This document shows positions 18,625 through 26,698 of a DNA stretch of 64,000 bases, one piece after another. Source of the stretch: an uncultured Clostridia bacterium (GTDB lineage: Bacteria; Acidobacteriota; Aminicenantia; UBA2199); the NCBI GenBank assembly GCA_964465065.1, contig CAYXHZ010000003.1, positions 9,975-73,974 of the forward strand, given 5' to 3'. How positions within the stretch are numbered: the stretch's first letter is position 1; each line of letters starts with the position of its first letter. The notes below the pieces were generated by a model. The model was not told the origin of the DNA. It saw only the letters and a list, made by a program, of their open reading frames with translations, and ran no database searches. Position numbers and translations under genes: made by a program.

Positions 18625-18736
18625 GGAGAAGAAGGGGACTAAGAATAAAGAAGTGGACAAAGAGTGGACGAAGAGATCGCTCATTTTTTTCCCGTCCACT
18701 TCTTCTCCTCCTCAACTTCTTCTCCCCCTCCTCCGC
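18623..18736. repeat. Palindromic array (right element), related to the left element
   Basis: 18623-18639 and 18694-18710 are inverted repeats (16/17); two 22-nt blocks are identical to the left element (18662-18683 = 17880-17901; 18691-18712 = 17966-17987). Confidence 0.9.
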
Positions 18737-18765
18737 TTGAAATAAGCCCCGAAAGCCCGTAAAAT
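18737..18765 (+). promoter_or_regulatory. Sigma70 promoter for trpS
   Basis: TTGAAA-N17-TAAAAT, AAGGAG SD before ATG 18795. Confidence 0.65.
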
Positions 18766-18794
18766 GACGGTTCGGGAACAAGGAGAATCCGACC

Positions 18795-19832
18795 ATGAAC
18801 CTCTACCGCGATCAAAACGGCTACCTGTGCTATAAAAACGCCGACGGCAAACAGCGTACCTTCTCGGGCATTCAGCCGACCGGTGACATCCACATCGGCA
18901 ATTACCTGGGCGCCATTTCCAACTGGTTGAAATTTCTGGACGAGTACGAGTGCGTCTTTTGCATCGTCGACCACCACGCCACCACCATCGAGTACCGGGT
19001 CGACGAAATGCCTCAGCGCATCGTCAACGCCGCCATCGCCAACATCGCCGCCGGTCTGGCCCCCGAGCGCTGCATCCTGTTCGTGCAGAGCGAAGTGCCC
19101 CAGCACACCGAACTGGCCTGGATTTTCAACACCGTCACCCCGTTCGGGGATCTCACCCGCATGACCCAGTTCAAGCAGAAAGCCAAAGAGCACGAAGAAA
19201 ACGTCAACGTCGGCCTGTTCACCTACCCGGTACTGCAGGCGGCCGATATTTTACTGTACAAGGCCAGTGCCGTACCCGTCGGCGAGGATCAGGTGCAGCA
19301 TATCGAACTGGCCCGCGAAGTGGCCCGCAAGTTCAACGCCCGCTTCGGCGAGGTTTTTCCCGAATGTCAGGCCCATGTCACCACCGCCAAACGCATCATG
19401 GGGCTGGACGGCGAGAAAAAAATGTCCAAGTCCATCGGCAACACCATCGGCCTGCTGGAAACCCCCGATCAGATCTGGCAGAAACTGGCTCCCGCCAAAA
19501 CCGACCTGCGCCGCCAGCGCAAGACCGACCCCGGCGTGCCAGCCGACTGCAACATCTTCACCAGCTACCACCAGCACTTTTCACCGGAAACGGATCTGGA
19601 CTGGATCCGGGAAGGCTGCACCCGGGCCGGAATCGGTTGTCTGCAATGCAAAAAGAAACTGCTGGAAAACATGGAAAAGACCCTGGGTCCGATCCGTGCC
19701 CGCGCCGACGAACTCCGCAAGCGCCCGGACACGGTTCACGACATCCTGGACAGCGGCGCCCGCAAAGCCCGGACCATCGCCGAACCGGTCATCGAGGAGA
19801 CGCTGCGGACCATGGGACTCAAGAGAAGCTGA
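18795..19832 (+). CDS. trpS: Tryptophan-tRNA ligase
   Basis: FSGIQPTGDIHIGNYLGA (HIGH-type), YPVLQAADIL, VPVGEDQ, KMSKS. Confidence 0.98.
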   Translation: MNLYRDQNGYLCYKNADGKQRTFSGIQPTGDIHIGNYLGAISNWLKFLDEYECVFCIVDHHATTIEYRVDEMPQRIVNAAIANIAAGLAPERCILFVQSEVPQHTELAWIFNTVTPFGDLTRMTQFKQKAKEHEENVNVGLFTYPVLQAADILLYKASAVPVGEDQVQHIELAREVARKFNARFGEVFPECQAHVTTAKRIMGLDGEKKMSKSIGNTIGLLETPDQIWQKLAPAKTDLRRQRKTDPGVPADCNIFTSYHQHFSPETDLDWIREGCTRAGIGCLQCKKKLLENMEKTLGPIRARADELRKRPDTVHDILDSGARKARTIAEPVIEETLRTMGLKRS

Positions 19833-19844
19833 ACCGGAGACCCG

Positions 19845-20567
19845 ATGCTGGAGCTGATCGATCTGCAAAAAAATTATGGGCCTGTACAGGCACTCAAAGG
19901 GCTGAACCTGCAAGTCAAACGCGGCGAAATCTACGGACTGCTGGGTCCCAACGGCGCCGGCAAGACCACCACCATCAAGATTCTGGCCTCGCTGCTGCAC
20001 GCCGACGGCGGTAAAATCCAGCTCGACGGTCAGGATTTCGACCCGACCCTGACAGACAACAAGAAGAAGGTGGCCTACGTCCCCGACCAGGGTTTCCTGT
20101 ACGGTAAGCTCAGCGGCGAGGAGCACCTCCATTTTTACGCCGACTTGTACCGCATGCCCATGCGGCAGCGGCAGCAGGAAATCGATTTTTACTTCGACCT
20201 GTTCGAATTCGCCGCCTACCGCGACCAGCTGGTCGAGTCCTACTCGGCCGGTACCAAACGCAAGCTGATGCTGGCCCAGGGTTTCATCGTCCACCCGCAG
20301 ATCCTGCTGCTCGACGAACCGCTGACCTCGCTGGACCCGCTGGTCAGCCGCAAGGTCGCCCTGCATGTCGCCGATTTCGCCAACCGCGGCGGTCTGGTCA
20401 TCCTGGCCACCCATATCCTGGACATCGCCCGCACGATCTGCCAGACCATCGGCGTCATCGTCTCGGGCCGCATGGTAAGGGAAATCCGCCGCGGTCAGGC
20501 TGGAGAGTTTCCCGGCAGCACCGAAGCCCTCGAAGCCCTGTACATGGACACGGTTCTCCAGACATGA
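19845..20567 (+). CDS. ABC transporter ATP-binding protein (ABC-2 exporter type)
   Basis: GPNGAGKTT Walker A, LLLDEP Walker B, ATH switch; signature YSAGT. Confidence 0.92.
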   Translation: MLELIDLQKNYGPVQALKGLNLQVKRGEIYGLLGPNGAGKTTTIKILASLLHADGGKIQLDGQDFDPTLTDNKKKVAYVPDQGFLYGKLSGEEHLHFYADLYRMPMRQRQQEIDFYFDLFEFAAYRDQLVESYSAGTKRKLMLAQGFIVHPQILLLDEPLTSLDPLVSRKVALHVADFANRGGLVILATHILDIARTICQTIGVIVSGRMVREIRRGQAGEFPGSTEALEALYMDTVLQT

Positions 20568-22210
20568 AGACCCTGCTGAGCAGCCGCCGACGCATGCTGC
20601 AGAATTCTCTGCGGCAGCTGGGTCACGGCAAGAGCGTTCTGCTGCTCTTGTTCGTCGTCCTGCTCCTGGGCAGTATCAGCTGGATCGTCGCCGCCCTGTT
20701 CAGCCATATCGCCAACGAACCGATGTTCAGCGTCGAATTCAAGCTGTTCATCAGCGCCAGAATTCTGCAGATGGCCTTCATGGCGGCCTTCGTCATGACC
20801 ATCATCTCGGCCCTGGTGTCGACGGTCAACATCCTCTACCTTTCCAAGGACCTGCCCATGCTGATCAGCTCCCCGCTGCCCCTGCACCGGCTGATGAACT
20901 GGAAGACCGTCGAGGTGGCCGCCGCCAGCAGTTTCATGGCCGTTCTGCTCAGCCTGCCCATGCTCATCGGCTACGCCTATTATTTCGCCCGCGGACCGCT
21001 GCAGGTCCTGCTGATCGGCACGGCCACAGTTCTGCTGTTCGCCGGCGCCGTTGTCATCGGCATGCTCATCGGTCTGATACTGCCGGCTTTCGTGTCCATA
21101 CGCACCCTGCAGCCGCTGCTCAGCGTCATCTCCATCGTCCTGATCGCCGCCGCAGTCATCGGTCTGCGCCTGCTCCGCCCCGAAAAACTCTTCTCCCCCC
21201 AGGCGATCGACAACCTGGTGTCGTTCATGAACCAGTTCCAGTTGGGGCCGGCCGACACCCTGCCTTCGGCCTGGTTGTCCCAGGCCATCCTGCAGATCAG
21301 CCGGAACAACTGGTCGGCCGCCTTGCTCGAACTGAGCCGCCTGGCGGCGCTGCTGGCCATCAGCTGGACTCTTTTCCATTATCTGAACCGGCGTTACTTC
21401 CTGAACACCTTCGAAAAGCTCTGGCAGGGGAAAAGCCGCCGCTACGGTCCAAACCCGGGCATTGACCGGCCGCTGCGCTCACCGGCCAGGGCCATGCTCG
21501 GCAAGGAAAGGGCCATGTTTTTCCGATCGACCGAGCAATGGTCCCAGCTGCTGGTGGTCATGGCCATCCTGGCCATCTTCATCCTCAACATCCAGAGTCT
21601 GCCTGTCAGTCACCCCTTCCTGCGTCAGGTGCTGACCTTCTTCACCTTCGGCATGGGGGCCTTCATCATCGCCGGGCTCAACATCCGCTTCACCTTCACC
21701 GCCCTGCCCATGGATTTCCCCGGCCTGGTTCATGTCCTGTGCGCCCCGCTCAGCCGCTCGCTGATCTTCTCCCAGAAGTTGTCGCTGCACCTGTCGTTTC
21801 ACTGTTTCAGCGCCGTTTTCCTTTTCTGCGCCACCAGCCTGATCCTGAAACCGGATTTCTTCATGAACCTGATCGGCGGCCTGTTTCTGCTCTCGTCGCT
21901 GCCCCTGTACACCGTGTACGCTCTGGGTTCGGGCATGAACCTGTGCCAGGGGAATTCGCTCTCCCCGCAGCACCTGATCATCAGCCGTCAGGGGATTGTC
22001 TACATGATCGCCACCTTTTTTCACACCCTGCTGCTGGCCGCCCTGTTCGGTCGTCCCCTGTACCTGTACTATCGGAACATGTACCGGGGCGATCCCCTTC
22101 CCGTCGTCCGAATCATGCTCTGGCTGCTGCTGATCGTCGCCGTCAACCTGCTGCTGACCCTGTGGCTGTACCGGCGTTACAGAAAATGCTGGCTGTCACT
22201 GGATTTCTAG
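20564..22210 (+). CDS. Putative ABC exporter permease (duplicated membrane domain)
   Basis: About 12 TM segments; ATGA overlap with the ATPase; LYLSKDLPMLISSP motif. Confidence 0.75.
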   Translation: MKTLLSSRRRMLQNSLRQLGHGKSVLLLLFVVLLLGSISWIVAALFSHIANEPMFSVEFKLFISARILQMAFMAAFVMTIISALVSTVNILYLSKDLPMLISSPLPLHRLMNWKTVEVAAASSFMAVLLSLPMLIGYAYYFARGPLQVLLIGTATVLLFAGAVVIGMLIGLILPAFVSIRTLQPLLSVISIVLIAAAVIGLRLLRPEKLFSPQAIDNLVSFMNQFQLGPADTLPSAWLSQAILQISRNNWSAALLELSRLAALLAISWTLFHYLNRRYFLNTFEKLWQGKSRRYGPNPGIDRPLRSPARAMLGKERAMFFRSTEQWSQLLVVMAILAIFILNIQSLPVSHPFLRQVLTFFTFGMGAFIIAGLNIRFTFTALPMDFPGLVHVLCAPLSRSLIFSQKLSLHLSFHCFSAVFLFCATSLILKPDFFMNLIGGLFLLSSLPLYTVYALGSGMNLCQGNSLSPQHLIISRQGIVYMIATFFHTLLLAALFGRPLYLYYRNMYRGDPLPVVRIMLWLLLIVAVNLLLTLWLYRRYRKCWLSLDF

Positions 22211-22232
22211 CATGGCTTTCCCATAGCGGCGG

Positions 22233-22261
22233 TTGATTTCCAATGCCCTTTAAGGTACACT
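22233..22261 (+). promoter_or_regulatory. Putative sigma70 promoter for argF
   Basis: TTGATT-N17-TACACT, GGAGG SD before ATG 22310. Confidence 0.55.
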
Positions 22262-22309
22262 GATCAGTCGTGCACCAAAAAAAATTCTAAAATAGATGGA
22301 GGATTAACC

Positions 22310-23311
22310 ATGGCTCTGAACCTTAGAAACCGAAACTTTCTCAAATTGCTCGACTTCAGCCCCAAAGAGATCCAATTTTTGCTGGATCTGGCTATCGACC
22401 TGAAAAAAGCGAAATACGCCGGCACCGAACAGAAACGGTTGCTGGGCAAGAACATCGCCCTGATTTTCGAAAAAGCCTCGACCCGGACCCGCTGCGCCTT
22501 CGAAGTGGCCGCTTACGACCAGGGCGCCCATGTCACCTACCTGGGCCCCAGCGGATCGCAGATCGGCCAGAAGGAATCGATGCGCGACACCGCCCGTGTC
22601 CTCGGCCAGATGTACGACGGTATCGAATACCGCGGCTTCGGCCAGGCCATCGTCGAAGAGCTGGCCAAGTACGCCGGCGTTCCGGTCTGGAACGGCCTGA
22701 CCAACGAATTCCACCCCACCCAGATCCTGGCCGATTTCATGACCATGATCGAATACAGCGACAAACCGCTCAACCAGGTGAAATTCGCTTACCTGGGCGA
22801 CGCCCGTTTCAACATGGGCAATTCGCTGATGGTCGGCGCCGCCAAGATGGGTATGGACTTCCGTTCGGTGGCCCCCAAATCCCTGCAGACCGGTGCCGAA
22901 CTGGTACGGACCTGCCAGCAAATCGCCAAAGAGACCGGCGCCAAGATCAGCCAGACCGAAGATGTCGCCGCCGGCGTCAAGGGTTGCGACTTCATCTACA
23001 CCGATGTCTGGGTGTCGATGGGTGAACCCGACTCCGTCTGGGAAGAACGCATCAAACTGCTCAAGCCCTACCAGGTGAACGGCGAGCTGATGAAAAAGAC
23101 CGCCAACCCCAAATGCAAGTTCCTGCACTGCCTGCCCGCGTTTCACAACCGCGAAACGACCATCGGCGAGCAGATTTTCCAGAAATACGGCCTGGACGGC
23201 ATGGAAGTGACCGAAGAGGTTTTCGAATCGGAAAATTCCATCGTGTTCGACGAAGCCGAAAACCGCATGCACACCATCAAAGCGGTGATGGTGGCCACGC
23301 TGGGCGCCTGA
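22310..23311 (+). CDS. argF: Ornithine carbamoyltransferase
   Basis: STRTRCAFE carbamoyl-phosphate motif, [19 protein letters not shown]. Confidence 0.97.
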   Translation: MALNLRNRNFLKLLDFSPKEIQFLLDLAIDLKKAKYAGTEQKRLLGKNIALIFEKASTRTRCAFEVAAYDQGAHVTYLGPSGSQIGQKESMRDTARVLGQMYDGIEYRGFGQAIVEELAKYAGVPVWNGLTNEFHPTQILADFMTMIEYSDKPLNQVKFAYLGDARFNMGNSLMVGAAKMGMDFRSVAPKSLQTGAELVRTCQQIAKETGAKISQTEDVAAGVKGCDFIYTDVWVSMGEPDSVWEERIKLLKPYQVNGELMKKTANPKCKFLHCLPAFHNRETTIGEQIFQKYGLDGMEVTEEVFESENSIVFDEAENRMHTIKAVMVATLGA

Positions 23312-23322
23312 GCCAGCAACTG

Positions 23323-23349
23323 GAGGCCCGGTCGGACCGGCCGGGCCTC
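23323..23349 (+). terminator. GC-rich hairpin after argF (no U-tract)
   Basis: GAGGCCCGG-N9-CCGGGCCTC. Confidence 0.4.
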
Positions 23350-23360
23350 TCCGCAGCGCC

Positions 23361-24173
23361 ATGATCGCCGGATTCAAACCCTTTCACGAACTTTTTCTCG
23401 CTTACGCCGGCACTTTCCTCAGCGGTGACGCCGAAGCGGACGCCCCGTTCCAGCTCAAGATCGATCACACCCTGCGCGTCGTCGCCCACAGCCTGCAGTA
23501 CACGCCAGACCTGCCCCAGACCGTCCGTCTGAGCGCCGCTCTGGCCGCCCTGTTCCACGACCTGGGCCGTTTCTCCCAGTTCAGCGAACATGGCACCTTC
23601 CATGACGGCTCGTCCTGCAACCACGCCCAGCGTTCGGTCGAGGTGCTGGAAAAGCTGCGCTGTCTGCCTCCGGGCCTGCCCCACCGCGCCGAAATCGTCG
23701 ACGCCATCCGCCTGCACAACCAGAAGTCGCTGCAGGAACCACTGTCTTTGGCCGGCAGCTTTTTTTACCATCTGCTGCGCGACTGCGATAAAACCGACGT
23801 GCTGGCCGTACTGCGCGGTCATTACCAATCCGCCGACGACCGCGACCGTTACCTGACCCTGGGGCTGAGCGATCAACCGTCCATCAGCCCGGAAGTGCTC
23901 GCTGATCTGCACAGCGGCCGGATCGTCGACATCCGCCATCTGCATACCGTCCACGATTTCAAATTGCTGCAGATCGGCTGGATTTACGACATCCATTTCG
24001 AACCGGCCTACCGCTTCATTCTGTCGCGGCAGGATTTTCAGGCCATTCTGGCCACCATCCCCCCCCGGCTCCTGCCGACCGGTTTTGCCGCCCTTTTCGC
24101 AACCATGCAGGCCAGAGAACACTCCCGCAAACATCCCGTGCTGCAGACAGCCGTCGCTGCCGGTCTGGCCTGA
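23361..24173 (+). CDS. HD-domain phosphohydrolase
   Basis: HTLRV...LFHDLGRF...NHA...HN...RDCDKTD metal-ligand pattern. Confidence 0.85.
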   Translation: MIAGFKPFHELFLAYAGTFLSGDAEADAPFQLKIDHTLRVVAHSLQYTPDLPQTVRLSAALAALFHDLGRFSQFSEHGTFHDGSSCNHAQRSVEVLEKLRCLPPGLPHRAEIVDAIRLHNQKSLQEPLSLAGSFFYHLLRDCDKTDVLAVLRGHYQSADDRDRYLTLGLSDQPSISPEVLADLHSGRIVDIRHLHTVHDFKLLQIGWIYDIHFEPAYRFILSRQDFQAILATIPPRLLPTGFAALFATMQAREHSRKHPVLQTAVAAGLA

Positions 24174-24191
24174 CCGCCAGCCGAATTCTCC

Positions 24192-24761
24192 CTAGCTTTC
24201 AAGCAGGTTGAGCAAACAACCGATGTGGGGAACGATGGCGTCCGGCATCTGCACTTCCCCCCGGATCACCTGGGCCATGGTTTTCGCTCCCAGGCCGCTC
24301 AGTACCAGCACCGTCCGGCAACCGGCGTTGCGGCCGACACCGATGTCGACCGGGCTGTCGCCGACCATCCAGGAACGGCTCAGGTCCAGATTCAGGTCCT
24401 TTTCCGCCTGCAGCAGCATGCCCGGCTGCGGTTTGCGGCTGGGGTGGGCGCAGTTGTAGGGAAACACAGTGCCCTCGGGGTGGTAAGGTGAATAGTAGAA
24501 GGCACTGATCTGAACACCCTCCTTTCGCAGACGCTGGTCGAGGCAGGCATGGAAGGACTCCACCGCGGCGCAGCTGCAGTAACCGCGGGCCACAGCCGAC
24601 TGGTTGCTGACGACGACCAGTCGGTAGCCGAGCTTTTGCATGATTCTCAGGCAGTGATAGACCTGGGGATACCAGCATATTCGGGCCGGATCGTTGTTGT
24701 AGCCGCGGTTGGTGATCAAGGTTCCATCCCGATCCAGGAAGACAGCTCTAGCCAGACTCAT
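24192..24761 (-). CDS. gmhB: D-glycero-D-manno-heptose 1,7-bisphosphate phosphatase
   Basis: AVFLDRDGTL HAD motif, VVSNQSAVARG, RKPQPGMLL, MVGDSPVDI; follows waaF. Confidence 0.9.
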   Translation of the reverse strand: MSLARAVFLDRDGTLITNRGYNNDPARICWYPQVYHCLRIMQKLGYRLVVVSNQSAVARGYCSCAAVESFHACLDQRLRKEGVQISAFYYSPYHPEGTVFPYNCAHPSRKPQPGMLLQAEKDLNLDLSRSWMVGDSPVDIGVGRNAGCRTVLVLSGLGAKTMAQVIRGEVQMPDAIVPHIGCLLNLLES

Positions 24762-25840
24762 CCGCCTGTTCCCCCGGTCTGGCCGACGGCCGTTTTTTCC
24801 CGGAGCGCTAGCAAATCCGCCAGGCCCTGCACCACCTCGTCGACGGAGATGGCCGTCATGCAGCGATGGTCGATCGGGCAGTGCCGGTGCGGGCAGGGCG
24901 AACACTCCACCGCCTTGTAGATGACCCGTGAATCGGCAGCCAAAGGTCCCGACACCTGCGGATCGTTCGGTCCGAACAGAGCCAGCAGCGGCACGTTCAG
25001 GGCCCAGGCGGCATGCATCAGGCCGGAATCGTTGGCTAAAGCGCAGACCGCTCCGGCGATCAGCGTCAGGGACAGGTCCAATGGCAACAAACCGGCCAGA
25101 TTGCAGCAGACGCTGCTGTCCAGTCCTGTCAGTATCTCTTGGATCAACGGTCTCTCCGCCTGACCGCCGAGACAAACCACCGTCCGTTCGGGATAATCCT
25201 CCATCATACGGCGGATGACGGCCGCGAACCGTTCCTTGAGCCATTGCTTGGCGCTTCCAAAGGCCGCACCGGGGGCGATGACGATCGGTGCCGGCTTCAG
25301 GTTTACGCCCAGCTGTTGCAGCCTGCGGTCCAGCTCGTCTTTTTTCTCATCCGGGATCCGCAGCGGATTGGCGACGGGCAGGGGTAAGGGCCGGCCGAAA
25401 GCCTGCAGCAACCGTTCGTAGTAATCCGTCTGATGGATTGGTCCGGGATTGGGCTGGGCATGGCTTAGCAGGAAAGCGCGGCCGTCACGGGCGTAGCCCA
25501 GGCAACGCCGGATCCCGGCCAGACGAAATTCGAGCGCGCTGGCAAACGAATTGGTGAACAGGAGCCCCAAATCGTAGGCTGTACCCTGACGGCGTATGGT
25601 CTTGACGGTCGCCGCGATCCGTTCCCGGCTATTGCCTGTCTGCACCGTGATGATCCGGTCCAGCGGAATTCCCAAACGGAACAGATCGACAAGATGGGGC
25701 CGGCAGATCAGGTCGATGCGGCTGTCCGGAAACAGCCGGCGCAAATGATGGATTGCCCTGGAGGACATGATGCAGTCGCCGATCCAGTTCGGCGCACGCA
25801 CCAGAATGGAATGAATAACCGGATCAGCCTTCGACAGCAA
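24758..25840 (-). CDS. waaF: Lipopolysaccharide heptosyltransferase II (GT9)
   Basis: VRAPNWIGD, APGAAFGSAKQW, NDSGLMHAA, ALFGP, CSPCPHRHCP. Start codon uncertain. Confidence 0.9.
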   Translation of the reverse strand: MLSKADPVIHSILVRAPNWIGDCIMSSRAIHHLRRLFPDSRIDLICRPHLVDLFRLGIPLDRIITVQTGNSRERIAATVKTIRRQGTAYDLGLLFTNSFASALEFRLAGIRRCLGYARDGRAFLLSHAQPNPGPIHQTDYYERLLQAFGRPLPLPVANPLRIPDEKKDELDRRLQQLGVNLKPAPIVIAPGAAFGSAKQWLKERFAAVIRRMMEDYPERTVVCLGGQAERPLIQEILTGLDSSVCCNLAGLLPLDLSLTLIAGAVCALANDSGLMHAAWALNVPLLALFGPNDPQVSGPLAADSRVIYKAVECSPCPHRHCPIDHRCMTAISVDEVVQGLADLLALREKTAVGQTGGTGG

Positions 25841-26144
25841 CGGGGTCGTCGATTTCGTCTTCGTTTTCCTCTTCTTCTAGAATATCGGCTTCGTCATTGT
25901 CGTTTTCGGTTTCTTCCGTCTCGGGCGGCGGATCCTTGAACATCTCGTCGAGCAGGTTTTCGTAGGTATCTTCGTTGAAGTTCTGCAGATCGATTTTGCC
26001 CTGATTGATCTCTTCGAGGGCTACAGTCAGAGGATTTTCGGCCTTGATATCGACACGTTTCCGCGAACCGTTTATCAACTGTTTGGCCCGGCGAGCCGCC
26101 AGAATGGCCAAACGGAACTTACCGACTTGTTGTTGTTCTTGCAA
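25824..26144 (-). CDS. rpoZ: RNA polymerase omega subunit with acidic C-terminal tail
   Basis: GKFRLAILAARRAKQL...NPLTVALEEI; AAGGAGG SD before TTG. Confidence 0.92.
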   Translation of the reverse strand: MQEQQQVGKFRLAILAARRAKQLINGSRKRVDIKAENPLTVALEEINQGKIDLQNFNEDTYENLLDEMFKDPPPETEETENDNDEADILEEEENEDEIDDPVAVEG

Positions 26145-26183
26145 ATGATGCCTCCTTACGTTAATCCCGGAAACAGCGGGAAC

Positions 26184-26211
26184 ATTGTACCAGACTTGCG
26201 CCTGATGTCAA
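26184..26211 (-). promoter_or_regulatory. Sigma70 promoter for rpoZ-waaF-gmhB
   Basis: Minus strand TTGACA-N16-TACAAT with TGn extended -10. Confidence 0.65.
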
Positions 26212-26221
26212 GAAAAGCCGT

Positions 26222-26698
26222 TCACCACTTATTGTATTCCACACCGTTCAGACCCTTGTTTTCCGAAGAAGTGTACACGTCCCAGACGTTTTCGCCCCCC
26301 CAGCTGCGACTGTCACGGTCATCCTGGTAGGAACGCTTGTTCCAGTCGGTCGTCCCGGTCATGGGGTCCAGCGGGATACGACGCAGAAAGCGCCGGATCC
26401 GGGTCTCACCGCCCTCTTCTTTGTATTCCACTCCTTCAACCAAATCCTCCAGAGTGGGGGGATAACCGTAGGTCTCTTCCTCGAAATCGATTTTCTTGTC
26501 GATCACGAACTGATGGTAATCATCGATGGCCTGGCGGATGTCCCGCAGGGCGGCGCGCAACTGTTGTTCGCGGTCCCGCTTGATCGACATCTCGACCATG
26601 GGAACGGCCAGAGAAGCCAGCACGGCGATCACCGCCGTAACGGTGACCACCTCGATCAGGGTAAAGCCGCGCCGGTGATTCCTCGGTCCGTCACTCAT
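26222..26698 (-). CDS. Type II secretion / type IV pilin-like (pseudo)pilin
   Basis: Class III signal RRG|FTLIEV with Glu5; LRRIPLDPMTG...DVYTSS pattern of GspG-like pseudopilins. Confidence 0.85.
   Translation of the reverse strand: MSDGPRNHRRGFTLIEVVTVTAVIAVLASLAVPMVEMSIKRDREQQLRAALRDIRQAIDDYHQFVIDKKIDFEEETYGYPPTLEDLVEGVEYKEEGGETRIRRFLRRIPLDPMTGTTDWNKRSYQDDRDSRSWGGENVWDVYTSSENKGLNGVEYNKW

Noticed and set aside
17815-18736. CRISPR array or rRNA intervening sequence
   Set aside because: Units are 6-bp motifs with 4-11 nt irregular gaps in inverted arms, not 25-40-bp repeats with unique spacers. There are no cas genes and no flanking 23S rRNA sequence
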